From Octopus vulgaris (Eukaryota): 64,000 nucleotides of DNA. Below the pieces are notes generated by a model. That model did not search any database and was not told the origin of the DNA. It saw nothing but the letters and a program-made list of their open reading frames with translations. Location of the stretch: NCBI GenBank assembly GCA_951406725.2, contig OX597827.1, positions 72,788,001 to 72,852,000 on the forward strand, read 5' to 3'. Positions 51,055 to 64,000 of the stretch are shown here, piece by piece. Every line of letters starts with the position of its first letter. The stretch's first letter is position 1. The translations under genes were made by a program, and so were the position numbers.

Positions 51055-51928
51055 TATGCCTCAGTGTACAGTGAATGTATGTTTTTGTTCAAATATTTAT
51101 TTATTCGACATCTCTGAATGAAAATATACAGGACAATATGCTGAGAGGTTAAAGGAAGTCTTTTTAAGGACAAGTAGCATTAAAAACACAGCATACCATC
51201 TGTATAAATACTTGTAGCTGGCTGTTGCAGTTTGTTTTGGAGGTAGAGGCATATGTGGTACTGAAGAACAGAAATAACCACAAAATATCAGTATTTGTCA
51301 CTCTTGTTTGCTTCTGGGGTGATTTTGTTTTGCACAGCTTTGGGTTGTACTGTGTTTTTTCCTTTAGCACTGTGCATCTTTAAAGGGGACCCTCATTACA
51401 TAAAGTACTGCAGCTTTGTAGCCTTTTAACACCACACACACATTTCTGGTGCTCCATCAGTTATTATGACAAGGGTTCCAGTTGATCCAATTAATGGAGT
51501 AACCTGCATGGAAATTAACGTAGTTCTCAGGTGGGGTTCAGCTTGACACACAGTGTGACAAGGCTGGCTTTTTTGAATTACAGGTACAATCATTTTTGCC
51601 AGCTGAGTGGACTGAGGCAATGTGAAATAAAGTTCCTTGCTCAAGGACTCAACATGCTGTTGGGAATTGAACTCACAACCTTACGATCATGAGCTGAATA
51701 TGCTAGCTACAAAGCCGTGTGCTTGCACACACACACACACTTGCACATACATTATGTGATATTGATAATGCTTATATTATTGAGACACTTCTAACATGAA
51801 ATTCAAATATATATTTATTTATTTATTTAAGCTGTCACTCAGAAACAGGTATGAATTGGTAGCATGTACCTTGTTTTCACTAATTGATTTAGGTGTGACC
51901 AGATATACACGCTTTCTTGCTTCCGGCT

Positions 51929-52529
51929 CAGTGGATCTCAAACTGGGGTCCATGGTCTCTTAGGGTAATAAATCCTAGGTAATATATCATTATTTATTAC
52001 CTAGTGATTTTAGTGGGACTGCAAAAGGATGCTGAAGTATCATGAAAATGAGGTGGTTTGAGATAAAGTTTAAAAATTTCAAAACTTTTCCATTTTTCAC
52101 ATGCTATCATCCTTTTTTTGCCATTGGCCCCAAAAACCCATGACACTCCAACACACGCATTTGCTAATCACACTTGTGCATCAAGTGTGAGTGGCTGATG
52201 GAAAACATGTGGGTATAACTGTTGATCATGCATGTGCTGTCAGTATTTTTCATTTCTCATTTGTTTTGTAACCAATTGTTCAACTGATTCCCCATATTTT
52301 CATGTGCATTTGTTGTATCCCAACGGGGCATAGTCTGGATTAAGTTGTGGTTTTCAGGGTTGTGGGTCTATGGGCAGTGCGGTTCATAGCCTGGAAATTA
52401 CAGTACATGAATGTATGTCATTTTCTTTCCGTTATATAAAATTCTGCATTTTATTGGGGACTGCAAATCATTGAAAAAACTGTAAGGGGACCAGCATGTA
52501 CAATCTTTTGAAAAGTTTGAGAACTACTG
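51929..52529. mobile_element. Old hAT-like non-autonomous element
   Basis: Termini CAGTGGATCTCAAACT / AGTTTGAGAACTACTG. An 8-bp TSD is not clearly preserved. Confidence 0.45.
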
Positions 52530-52764
52530 TTCTAGGTGCAGTGAAACATCAAAGATGGGACTGGAGGAAAGAGGGCTATAACATCACAAGGCTGGTGCTC
52601 ATTTTCAGTCGAGTTGGCTGGGAGCAACATAAAAATTAGGCCCTTGTTCAAGGACACAACATACATCTCTGTTCAGGAATTCAACTCATGATGTCATTGT
52701 TGTGAATCTAACATACTAATCACTAAAATATGTGCCTTATCTATCTGTCTAATCAATTATAGTG

Positions 52765-53192
52765 TTAACCCTGTAGCATTTAAACTGGCCATATCTGGCC
52801 CGAATAGTCTGTTTTATGTTCAATCTAGCCAGATCCAGCCTCTTACACGTACCCTATAATGCCATTCTAAAAATAAACAATCACATCTTTGAAACCTTGA
52901 AGCTATGCAATAAAGCATGACTAATCCCTTAGCATTCAGATTATTCAGTCAAATGGAATCCCTTTACATTGTTTTGAATTATTTTGTTGCTTCAAAATGA
53001 TGAGATGAGATTTTATATTTTTTGAATGACATTGAAGGGTAGGTGTGATAGGCTGGATCTGGTTGGTTTGAAAATAAAACGGCTAACATATTTTGGTTGG
53101 ATATGACTGGTTTAAGTGCTTGCGGGTTAATTCAAAGCAATGTGAACAAACAAACATTAAGTTTGCCAGAGTAATCTGAATGCTTGAGTTAA
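52765..53192. mobile_element. Nested pair of P2 piggyBac-like MITEs in opposite orientation
   Basis: The outer copy is interrupted at ~52924 by an inverted copy ending GGG-TTAA at ~53130, then resumes. Confidence 0.55.
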
Positions 53193-54142
53193 ATCTGTGG
53201 TTTCTAACATTTTAACATTAAGACTCCCTTTTCACTCATCTCGACCCTATTTTTGCCGTAAACCAATGGGGTGTCTTTAACAATTGATATCCAGAGAAAT
53301 ATTTTTTGAAGTTATTCTAAATTTTATTCATCAGTGACTTAAGGGAAACAAATGATGAATTAAGCTTCAGCTATTTGGTGGGCAGGTGGTGCCATGAATG
53401 AGACAGAGGCGAGTTCAAGTTTAGCTAAATCTGAAACTTGTGCAAAATTTTGCCAAGTCCTTATCCCCCCCCCCAAATAATTTAAAAAATGAACTACATT
53501 ATCTTTTGCGGCCATGCTGTGGCACCACCTTGAATTTTTAGTTGGATGAAGAAATCGACCCCAGTACTTCTTTTTTAAGCCAGGTACTTGTTCTATTGAT
53601 CTCTTTTGCTGAACTGCTAAGTGACAGGGATGCAAACACACCAACACTGGTTGTCAAGTGGTGGTGGTGGTGGGACAAATACCGACACAAACACACACAC
53701 ACACATCTGTCTGTCTGTCTGTCTGTCTCTCTCAATCATGCATGGGTTGTTGCCAGTGCCACCTGACTGGCTCCCTGTGCCAGTGGGACGTAAAAAGTAC
53801 CATCTGAACGTGGCTTTTTACGTCCCCTAGAAACACGTTGCCCTTCCTTATAGTCACACAGCAATACTTAATCCCCCATTGTAGTCACACAGTAACGCAA
53901 TAGCTTTAATTACTATTATGCAATGACATGACCCTTAACCCTTCTCTTATGGCACCACAGTGACCCTCCTCAGATCCCTGATAGAATACTGTTAGTCCAA
54001 CTCAGCTTCTTTCTTGTCTAAGGGCAAAAAACTGATTGCACTCAATGCTAAGATGAAAAACCTGATGTAAAACTTAAATTGCCTTATTTTGAAATACTTT
54101 TAATTCAGAGAAAATAACCCCATTATTATCTTCTATCTTTAG

Positions 54143-54198
54143 CTTACAAGACTGTCACTGGTGTAAATGGACCCCTTGTCATATTGGACGATGTCAAG
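54143..54198 (+). CDS. ATP6V1B: V-ATPase B exon 2: (T)YKTVTGVNGPLVILDDVK
   Basis: TAG acceptor, GTAAGT donor, 56 nt. Confidence 0.96.
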
Positions 54199-54579
54199 GT
54201 AAGTACTTGTGAAAAATATTTTGATTGATATGTCCTTTCCTTAAAAAAAAAAATAAACCAAAAAAAAAAAAACAAAAAAAACTTTTGTCCTGAGGGAAGA
54301 ATAGTGCTTGTGGCTTTTAAAGGTCCCTTTTGACCCTGGCAAAATTGATATGGTTAACGACAGAGTTTGATCATCTCTAAGTTGAATTTTGCAGGTGGGG
54401 AAAAAACAACGAAAAATCACACCAGTGAGTGGAGGTAATTCTCCTGGGTTCTCCTTCTGGGTCAGAAGAATTGGAAGATGTTAGTGTGTGTGTGTGGAGG
54501 GGTGAGGTGATGATGGTGGAAGAAAAATAGAGTCCGGGTGACAGGAAGATGAGAAATTGGTGTGTTTAGTGGGCCTTAA

Positions 54580-54798
54580 CCCTTTAGTATTTAAACCGGC
54601 CATATCCGGCCAAAATAGTTAATCTGTTTTATGTTCAAACTGACCAGATCCAGGCCCTCACACCTATCCTACAATGTTATTCTACATTAAGTAATTACAC
54701 CATCAACATCTTGAAGATATGAGATAATGCATGATTAATTCAAATCAATGGGAATCCATAAGCATTATGTTTGATAGAATAATCTGAACACTAAAGGG
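54580..54798. mobile_element. piggyBac-like MITE, family P2
   Basis: TTAA|CCCTTTAGT...ACTAAAGGG|TTAA. Confidence 0.75.
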
Positions 54799-55401
54799 TT
54801 AAAGGGGATTTTATATAATCAGCTATGACATTTGAATGGAGGCTTTTGTGGTGTTGAAAGAATAGACTAAAGAAGACAATCATCTGTGGGCCTGAAGTTG
54901 TAGTGTTGTTTTGCCATATTTATAGTGGTTGGTGTAGGGTCACCATTTGTGTATGTGTTATGGGAGAATCCTGAACACCCCCACGTGTCTGAAAGTGGAC
55001 TAATCGATTACAATATATAAATAAAAACTGAGTGAACTGTCAGTGGGGGTAGTTGATTGACAGTGTTAGTTTGACTGATATCACTCCTTGTGAAATATTC
55101 TTCTCACTGTCTGTGCAGTTTAAGATCTAGTGTGTCAGTTTGGGTATGTGCAGTTCACTTTGTTTTCTGTTTTTTTTTTTTGTCATGCCAACAAATGGTC
55201 AAGCTGGATTGACACACACACACACATATATTGAAAGATACAGAAATAATTTTTTTTTATTATTCTCAAACACATGATAATGCTAATAAAATAGTGTGAA
55301 CAGGATGAATTATCCATACATTGCAGAAAAATACATTACCGGCCAGCCATGAGACTTGAACTCACATCCCTGTGATTACGTGTCAAGGGCTTTCCCATTA
55401 A

Positions 55402-55974
55402 TCCTTTCGTTACCGTATTTATTTTGAGATGCTCTGTGTTTCTTTCTAAAAAAAAGGGTAAAGACCCCCTTCGGTCATGAATGACCATGGGATTGCAGCT
55501 AGAAAGTTACCCTCCTAGACACAAGTCCGGGCAAGTTTGTTTAGGGAAGACCAGCAGTCGCCCATGCATACCAGCCTCCCCTCTCCACGCCACCAGTGTT
55601 ATCCAAGGGAAAGACAAAGGTCGATACAGCTTGGCACCTGTGACGTCGCAACTCATTTCTACAGCTGAGTGAACTGGAGCAACGTGAAATAAAGTGCCTT
55701 GCTCAAGAACACAACACCCAGCCCGGTCCGGGATTCGAGCTCACAACCTCACGATCGTAAGCTCGACACTCTAACCACTGAGCCATGCGCCTTCTTTCTA
55801 TTGTTTTAAATATAACAAAGAATTTAGTAAAATAATTTAGTTATCATTAAGCTAGTGTTAGGAACATAAATTGTGACTAAGGTTTGGTGGAAGATTTTAG
55901 TTCAAAACTTATGAAAACAAGACATTTGTACTACAGGCCTAGAGCCGGTTTCAGCCGAGTTGGTAATGAAAGGG
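55402..55974. mobile_element. P1 piggyBac-like MITE interrupted by a family D SINE (55449-55791, -)
   Basis: TTAA on both sides. The SINE is flanked by 9-bp TSD TTCTTTCTA (55440-55448 and 55792-55800). Confidence 0.8.
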
Positions 55975-56252
55975 TTAAGCCAAACTGCCCAGTAACAAAT
56001 TCTGCAGTTTTAGAATTTATTTGATGGTATAAATGATGCATGGGCATTTTATCTCTCTCTCCACTTGTACAGTGTACCCTAAGATGTCATCTCTCTCTCT
56101 CTTCTCCCTTGTCAATGGTTTTGCTATTACCATACTGCTAGTATCCTTGTAGCATCTCCAACTTGTGCACTCCCTCACCTCAATCCTTACAGATGTTGCC
56201 ATCCTCCCTCTTCCACTTCCCGCCCTGTATCCCCCCCCTGGTACTGCTCCTA

Positions 56253-56737
56253 CTTAGTTAGTTAGTTAGTTAGTTAATTTTTTGGCTCAAAAAGCAAAAA
56301 GCAAGGCCATGTAGGGGGACATGGAGTTATGTACAGGGTGATGTTCATATAAAGAGTTCAGGCCATTTGTGGTCAAGAGAGACTTTGAACTGAGCGGTCG
56401 TCGGCATCTTCACTATCTCGTCTGGCAGCTTATTCCACGGATCTGCAACCCGGACGGAGAAAGCCCCTCTCCTTCGATTGAGATGAAAACGTCGCAGATA
56501 GAGCTTTTCGGAGTGACCCCGCAGCCCACGCTCTGGAGCAGGAGTGAAGAACAGCTCTTTCGAGAGGTTACACTTTCCGCTTATGATGTTGTGAGCAAGA
56601 ATGAGATCACCACGGCGTCATCATTTTTCTAGAGAATAAAGGTCGAGCGTCTTCAGCCTTTCTTCATAAGACAAATGTGTGAGACCAAGAACCATGCGGG
56701 TAGCCAGCTTCTGGACTCTTTCGAGATGCTGTATGTC
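56253..56737 (-). mobile_element. CR1-type LINE 3' end with (TAAC)n tail
   Basis: Minus strand reads SYEERLKTLDLYSLEK*RRRGDLILAHNII...LRGHSEKL...FSVRVADPWNKLP. Confidence 0.8.
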
Positions 56738-58541
56738 TTGAGGTGCCACCTGGACACTTCGTCATCACTGTCATACCTCCTAGGAGATAGTTTTAACTCA
56801 TTCTCATTCCCTCTCTTAAATGTGAGCAGTCGTGCAGCTCCACTACAAGAACCTGCTCTACCCTATCCTCTTTCCCCACACCTTAACCCTCACTGACCAT
56901 ACAGAAGCAGCATCCCCCCTCCCAGAGTCTATTGCCTTGCAAGCTTACAGGGTGATCTCAGTGGTGCTGGTGGCATGAAAAAAAGCCCCCAGTACACGCT
57001 GTAAAGTGGTTGGCATCAGGAAGGGCATCAAGCTGTAGAAACCATGCAAGGCAGACACTGGAGTATGGTACAGTCTACAACTCTTTGAACCCTTGTCAAA
57101 ACTTCCAACCTCTGCTAGCATGGGACATTGATGGTGAATGATGATGAGGAGTCAAGCTAGGTGGAAGAAACTGTCTGGATCAAAATTAACCAATAATAGG
57201 AAATGTCAGGGCCCGGAATAAGGTTTTGAGATATTTTTTTGGAAGAAAGTGTCTTACATGTCATCAGATATAGTAGTTGGTGTGGATCTTTACATGAGAA
57301 TAACAGCATCATCATCATCATCATCATCATTTAACGTCTGTTTTCCATGCTGGCATGGGTTGGACTAGGCAGAAGACTGTACCAGGTTCCACTGTCTGTT
57401 TTGGCAAAGCTTTTACGGCTGGATGCCTTTCCTAACGCCAACCATGGGAGCGATAAGGATTTATCATAATAGCCTTCAGAGATGTTTTTAATGTATCTAG
57501 TGTTTATAGGTGTTTCAAAATGTTATAGAAATTGTGATAGATGTTAAGACACCCCACAACATCACTCACAACTTAAGTAAAATTTCGAAACACCTACAAA
57601 CACTAAAAGACTACAACTGTAAAATCTGACACTTGTAATTATTTTGGCTTTAGAAATAGCAGACAAATTCCATGACATCACACAATGTCATCTCGAAAGG
57701 GGAAGGACACATTGGTCGAACCAGTCGTAAATATGGTCAGAAGGGGATTTATCTTTGATAATTGGTCTGCTTGCTCCAGACTGACTCAAGGTTAAACAAC
57801 AACTAATACTAAGATACAGTCAGGCAGTGTTTTGTTATGTTGAGGTTGTGATGTAGTTTCAATTACATTTATACAGATGCATATTTTGTGTTTTCCTCCT
57901 GTAAAAATTGGGAAAAAAGAAAAAAAGAAAAACCTGTTGGCCTCTTTATAGGCTTCCCACCCTCTCTCTTTCGGAGAGGCACAAGCACCTACATGCACAT
58001 ATACACACACGGTAGTAACTTTCGCCTGCCGAATTCAATCACCAAAGCATTGGTCGGCTCGGGGCTATAGCAGAAGACACCTACACAAAGTGCCATGCAG
58101 TGGGACTGAACCCGAAACCATGTAGCTAGGAAGCAAGCTCCCTAACCACACAGCCATGCCTGTGCCTACCCATGCCTGCACCTACCCATGCCTGCGCCTA
58201 CTTCAGTTTTGTTAAATATTTGAAGGGGTTATAAATAAAATATTGATTTCAATTTTTGGCACAAGGCCAGCAACTTTGGGTGAGGAGGTGAGTCGATTAC
58301 ATCAACCCCAGCGCTTAATTGGTGCTTGTTTTATTGACCCTGAAAGGGTGAAAGGCAAAGTCGACCTCAGCAGTATTTGAACTCAGAATGCTAAGCATTT
58401 TGCCCGGTCTGCTAACAATTCTGCCTGTTCACCAACTTGTGGATAAAATATTAAATACTTCTTACTTTCTTGTTTCCAATATCCACTCTCTCTCTCTCTC
58501 TCTCTCTCTCTGCTCACCAAATATTTTAAATTTTTTTCTAG

Positions 58542-58640
58542 TTTCCAAAATTTGCAGAAATTGTTCGTTTGACTTTAGCCGATGGCAGCACAAGAAGTGG
58601 TCAAGTGCTTGAAGTCAGTGGCTCCAAAGCTGTTGTCCAG
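58542..58640 (+). CDS. ATP6V1B: V-ATPase B exon 3: [33 protein letters not shown]
   Basis: TAG acceptor, GTGAGT donor, 99 nt. Confidence 0.97.
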
Positions 58641-60642
58641 GTGAGTAAAAGTTCTTTCTCTCTCTCTCTCTCACTTCCAATATCCTCTAACATGAAACGC
58701 CTTAAACATCTTACCTGTAAGACTAAAACTAAAGAGTTTTTGAGTTAGCAGTGGAGCCTGTGTTGTTACTCAATTTGCTAGAAATAACAGCCAAATTTCC
58801 TGAAATCTGATCATCATAAAAAAAGGAAGAACATATTACACAATTTAGTTCTTGTCAAGGCTGGAATGACTTTGATCATAGGCCTATTCGATCAGGACTA
58901 TCCTTGGGCTAAACAGTAACAGTAACTGAAGTATTCTAAAGGTTTAACTATTATACTGTGTAAAATGATTTTTGTCCCTTGGTAGTAACTGTTATTTCTT
59001 ATTTGCTTACCCCTAGAAAGTATGAAAATTGGTTAATATTTCCTTCAAACTTTGCCTTTGTTAGATTTATTCAAACCCCAAAGAATCCCTCTTAACACAT
59101 GGCTATGATGCCCCCCCCCCCACCACTCCTTCTCATGATCAAAGATGCACATATTGTCAGTCGCTAAGGGACTTGCTGAAGTGGTTGAGGTCAAGCAACT
59201 GACAAGCAAATCTGTGGCATTGAGCAGAATATTTGCTATGATGATATTTCTGCATCAGCAACTCAGTGCTGAATCTGTGTGAAATGTAATGGGAAATGGG
59301 TCAGTTTCAAAGCATTGATGTCCAGGTCTCCAAAAGCAAAGTGTGAAGGGAATAGAAGTCATTTCCTTCGATTTCTAAATAGAAACAGATTGGAAATAAC
59401 ACTTACTGACCAAAGAAAAAAAAAAGACGTTACACTGTGTTATTGTGTGTGTGTGTATGCATATACATTCAATTGTGTGTTCACATGTATGAGTGTGTGT
59501 ACACACTGATCTGCATGCGTGTGTGAGTGTGTGCATGCACATTCATTAACATGTGTGAGTGTATGTATGTACATACATTCTTCATGATCAGGAAGTAAGC
59601 TTATCAATCACACAACTATATTTCTAACTGTCACAAAATAAAGCCTGATTCATCATCATCATCATCATCATCATTTAACGTCCGTTCTCCATGCTAGCAT
59701 GGGTTGGATGGTTCGACCGGGGATCTGGGAAGCCAGAAGGCTGCACCAGGCTCCGGTCTTATCTGGCAATGTTTCTACAGCTGGATGCCCTTCCTAACGC
59801 CAACCACTCCGTGAGTGTAGTGGGTGCTTTTTACGTGCCACCCGCACATTATAACAATATATTACAGTGATACACTGGAACAGAATATGAGTGACCAAGT
59901 TGTGGATGTACAACAAAACACTTTGATACTATTACAGAATAAAAACAAATGAGATTGTAACAGTATCTGTATAGTTGCTGTTTAGCTGTAAGTCACTTTA
60001 GGATCAAAGATATTCTATTTCTGATCATTCTATCCTACTAATATTTCTAGAATCATCAACATCATCATCATCATCGTTTAGAGTCCGCTTTCCAAGCTAG
60101 CATGGGTTGGATGGTTCAACTGGGGTCTGGGAAGTCCAGAAGGCTGTGCCAGGCCCAGTCTGATCTGGCAGTGTTTCTACAGCTGGATGCCCTTCCTAAT
60201 GCCAACCACTCCGTGAGTGTAGTGGGTACTTTTTATGTGCCACCTGCACAGGTGCCAGATGAGGCTGGCAAACAGCCACGATTGGATGGTGCTTTTTATG
60301 TGCCAGACGAGGCTGGCAATGGCCACAATCGGATGGTGCTTTTTACATGCCACCGGCACATTATCTAATGTGTTCTTCCAGTTTTTAAGATAGTAAGGTT
60401 TGTTTTGACAAAGATTTGGCTGTTATTTCTAGCTAGTCAAATGACAGCATAGAGGCTTCCTGTTTAGCTTTACAATATGTTTGCCAAATAATTACCATGA
60501 ATCTACTGCAAAGCAGTTGTTTAAGTTTCATTATTTGATCTCAGCTCAAATCCCTTGCCAAACAACAGATATGATTTGGTTTGGTCTGAAATATATATCA
60601 TTCAAATGAAAAACTAATTAATATATTTTCTTTGAACTGTAA

Positions 60643-60747
<105 letters not shown>

Positions 60748-60804
60748 TGAGGGTTCTTCTTGATAAAATGATATAAACTGCATGCTGATATCAAATACCT
60801 CGAA

Positions 60805-61040
60805 GGCGGCGAGCTGGCAGAATCGTTAGCACGCTGGGCGAAATGCTTAGCGGTATTTCGTCTGCTGCTACGTTCTGAGTTCAAATTCCGCCAAGGTCGA
60901 CTTTGCCTTTCATCCTTTCGGGGTCGATAAATTAAGTACCAGTTACGCACTGGGGTCGATGTAATCGACTTAATACCTATGTCTGTCCTTGTTTGTCCCC
61001 TCTGTGTTTAGCCCCTTGTGTGTAATAAAGAAATAGGTAT
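60805..61040 (+). mobile_element. Full monomeric family B SINE (tRNA-like head, Deu/Nin-domain-like core)
   Basis: A box TGGCAGAATCG, B box GTTCAAATTCC, core GTCGACTTTGCCTTTCATCCTTTCGGGGTCGATAAATTAAGTACC. The Deu/Nin-domain resemblance is from memory. Confidence 0.75.
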
Positions 61041-61523
61041 TTGATTTCATACTCTTTTACATTTGAAGTTTACTTTACCCTTCAGCCTTTCCAATCCAAG
61101 TAACAATATAGCATTGAATTTCCTACATTCCTTATCTTACTCATGTGTGGACTTCACAGATAAATATGTAAATTTTTAGATCTATCCAACCCATATTTTC
61201 ATAACAGCCCAGATGTAATAAAAACCAGTTTCACTGATATTAAGAATTCTATTTATTATTGTTTCAGTATTTAAAACTCTTTGGTAATATCAGTTCAGCA
61301 TTATGTTAACAGACATGTTGACATAAATGTAAACATGTCTCTCTTTGTCAGTGGTCCTCAAACAGGGTCCATGTGGCTCTTTGGTGATGGTGGGATATAT
61401 AAAATTTTCTAGTTAAAATCAATGCATGATAAATTGATTATACTTCAACAATACATGAAATATTTTAACAGTTTTTCAAAATACAATTCCTAATATCTAT
61501 TTATAAAAAATATAATAAAACTT

Positions 61524-61842
61524 TTAACCCTTTTGATACCAACCCAGCTGAAACCGGTTCTGGCTGCAAATGTCTTGTTTTCATAATTTTTGAATTAAAA
61601 TCTTCCACCAAACCTTAATCACAATTTATGTTCCTAACACTAGCTTAATGATAACTAAGTTATTTTACTAAATTCTTTGTTATATTTAAAATTAATTGAA
61701 AGAAACACAGAGCATCTCAAAATAAATGCAGTAATGAAAGGGTTAAAATATATAATAGAGAAACAATTTTTAACCCTTTTGATACCAACCTGGCTGAAAC
61801 CGGCTCTGGCTCTGTAGTACAAATGTCTTGTTTTCATAAATT
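61524..61842. mobile_element. P1 MITE plus spacer plus truncated second P1 unit, inverted relative to the array at 352
   Basis: Reverse complement of the array unit, including the inter-unit spacer. Confidence 0.8.
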
Positions 61843-61868
61843 TGGTCATTCCTTTATCTCTGTTACAG

Positions 61869-61946
61869 GTCGTGTTTTTAATGGTTCTGGAAAGCCAATT
61901 GACAAAGGTCCTGGAGTCCTTGCTGAGGATTTCTTGGATATTCAGG
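61869..61946 (+). CDS. ATP6V1B: V-ATPase B exon 5: (G)[25 protein letters not shown](G)
   Basis: CAG acceptor, GTATGC donor, 78 nt. Confidence 0.97.
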
Positions 61947-62210
61947 GTATGCACTGCTTTTACAAATTTTATATTATGTTGTTAATCAGGAGTTTTTTTA
62001 TTGAGCCAAATGTATTTATACAAACTAGTCTATTAACAGGCAGTCGTTAATTTGTTCAAAATGTGAGATTTGTTCTGGCTGGCTGCTCTATGAGTTCAAA
62101 TTCTGCCAAGGTCAACCTAACCTTCTATCCACTCGGGGTCAGTAAAATAAAATTACAATTTCAAGGAGGTGAATTGGTGGAATTCTTGGAGCTAAACAAT
62201 GTCTGATGTC

Positions 62211-62246
<36 letters not shown>

Positions 62247-62980
62247 TGTATAGTTAAGAAACTTGCTTCCTAACCATGCCTGTGGTTTTGGGCTTAGTCC
62301 CATTGGGCAAGCATTTTATTATAGCCCCCAGACTAACCAAAGTCTTGTGAATGGATTTTGGTAGATAGAAACTGAAAGAATTGAAGCGTACAGTATTATA
62401 ATGGCCATTACAGCTGGTCTTACTAATCAGTTTTGCACTGGGTGTTAGATAATACCCCAATTGTGTAACCTTGTGCTCATCAGAGCTGTCAGCTACAGAA
62501 AAAAATATGGTAGCTACTCTCTGTTATTGGTTTGTGGTTGCTGTGAAAAAGATGAAACTTTTTGGGTGAGATCTTCAGTTTGCATATAACTTCCTTCTTT
62601 TCTTTCTCTCACAAGTCTCAGAGAAGTTGAAAAAAAAAAAGGATCATGTGTGCTGCCCCATCCTCTTTGACTAAGCTAGGTGGGGGAAAAATTTACAGAA
62701 TAACCAAGAATTTAGAGGAATCTAGTGAAATTATGGCATTCCATTCATGACCACCCCATTACTCTAGGGGGTAAATATAGAACTGCATTATGTAATTTGT
62801 ACTTCCTTTTTATAAGACTGTTGGGTGTGATTGAAGGAAGTTTAGCAGCTATTTCTAGCATAAATGTAGAGACACCCTCATTAGCTCAGTGTTGTTTCAG
62901 TTATTGTTGGGAATGAAGTTGGATTTATTTTTTTTTCTGTGCAGTTAATTGTTATATTTTCTCTCCCTTTTACCTGATAA

Positions 62981-63256
<276 letters not shown>

Positions 63257-64000
63257 TAAATTGATTACATCGACCCCAGTGCGTAGCTGGTACTTATTTA
63301 ATCGATCTCGAAAGGATGAAAGGCAAAGTCGACCTCGGTCAGAATTTGAACTCAGAATGTAACGGCAGACGAAATACCACTAAGCATTTCGCCCGGCGTG
63401 CTAATGATTCTGCCAGCTTGCCGCCTTTTACTGTTATTTGTTCCATCATTGGACTGTGGCCACCCTGGGACACCACTTTCAAGTGTTTCATTTAATTATT
63501 TATATCAACCTCAGTACTCATTTCCTCAAACAGTTTAACTTAAGATTTACCTACCTTATGTGATGCAACTACCATTACACTGGGATACACAGACAGCTGA
63601 GCTTCAGCACAGTTTCTGTTTACTAAATTTCATTCACATGGCATTGTTTAATATAAGGCTATAGTATAAGATACCCTGGAGTAAAATTTGAGTTTGGAAG
63701 TTGACTTTGGGTTCTGTTTAGTCAACACAGGTTGACCACAAGGGATATTCTGTGGGCTGTGGCAGAGAAAAAGGTTATGTTTCACTGATTGTAGTCTTTT
63801 ATGTCATTTGACTGTGGCCATGCTGGGGCACTACCTTCAAGGGATTCTAGTTGAATATATTGAGACTGGTACTTTGATAGCTATTTTATCAAATGTTGGG
63901 GAAATGCAAACATTTAAACTTTGACTTAAACAGCAGGGTTTACCAAAATATCACAAGGTATTTTTGAGTGACATATTGTTTCTGATGCTGGTAGTCTTGG

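Noticed and set aside
51832-51848. 17-nt micro-exon candidate in V-ATPase B intron 1
   Set aside because: Length is not a multiple of three, so it would frameshift between exons 1 and 2, which already join into the conserved QPRLTYKTV.

Overview
This is AT-rich, repeat-dense eukaryotic DNA. The SINE/LINE content and (TA)n/(CA)n/(GAT)n microsatellites suggest an octopod cephalopod (inferred, not verified). Two intron-rich housekeeping genes lie head-to-head. On the - strand is a complete UFD1 gene: 12 coding exons, 26239..1701, 298 aa, with a U12-type intron 5 and a candidate extra 36-nt in-frame micro-exon. On the + strand are the first six exons of the V-ATPase B subunit gene, starting at 41225 and continuing past the window. 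Between them sit two identical tRNA-Leu(TAG) genes in an inverted duplication, linked by a 59-bp exact match to a ~460-bp fold-back palindrome 3.5 kb away. The rest is mostly tRNA-derived SINEs, RTE and CR1-type LINE fragments, piggyBac-like, mariner-like and hAT-like MITEs, non-autonomous Helitrons and Penelope-type minimal hammerhead ribozyme motifs. Almost all ORFs in the supplied track are repeat or microsatellite artefacts. Exon boundaries were read by hand; repeat boundaries are approximate.
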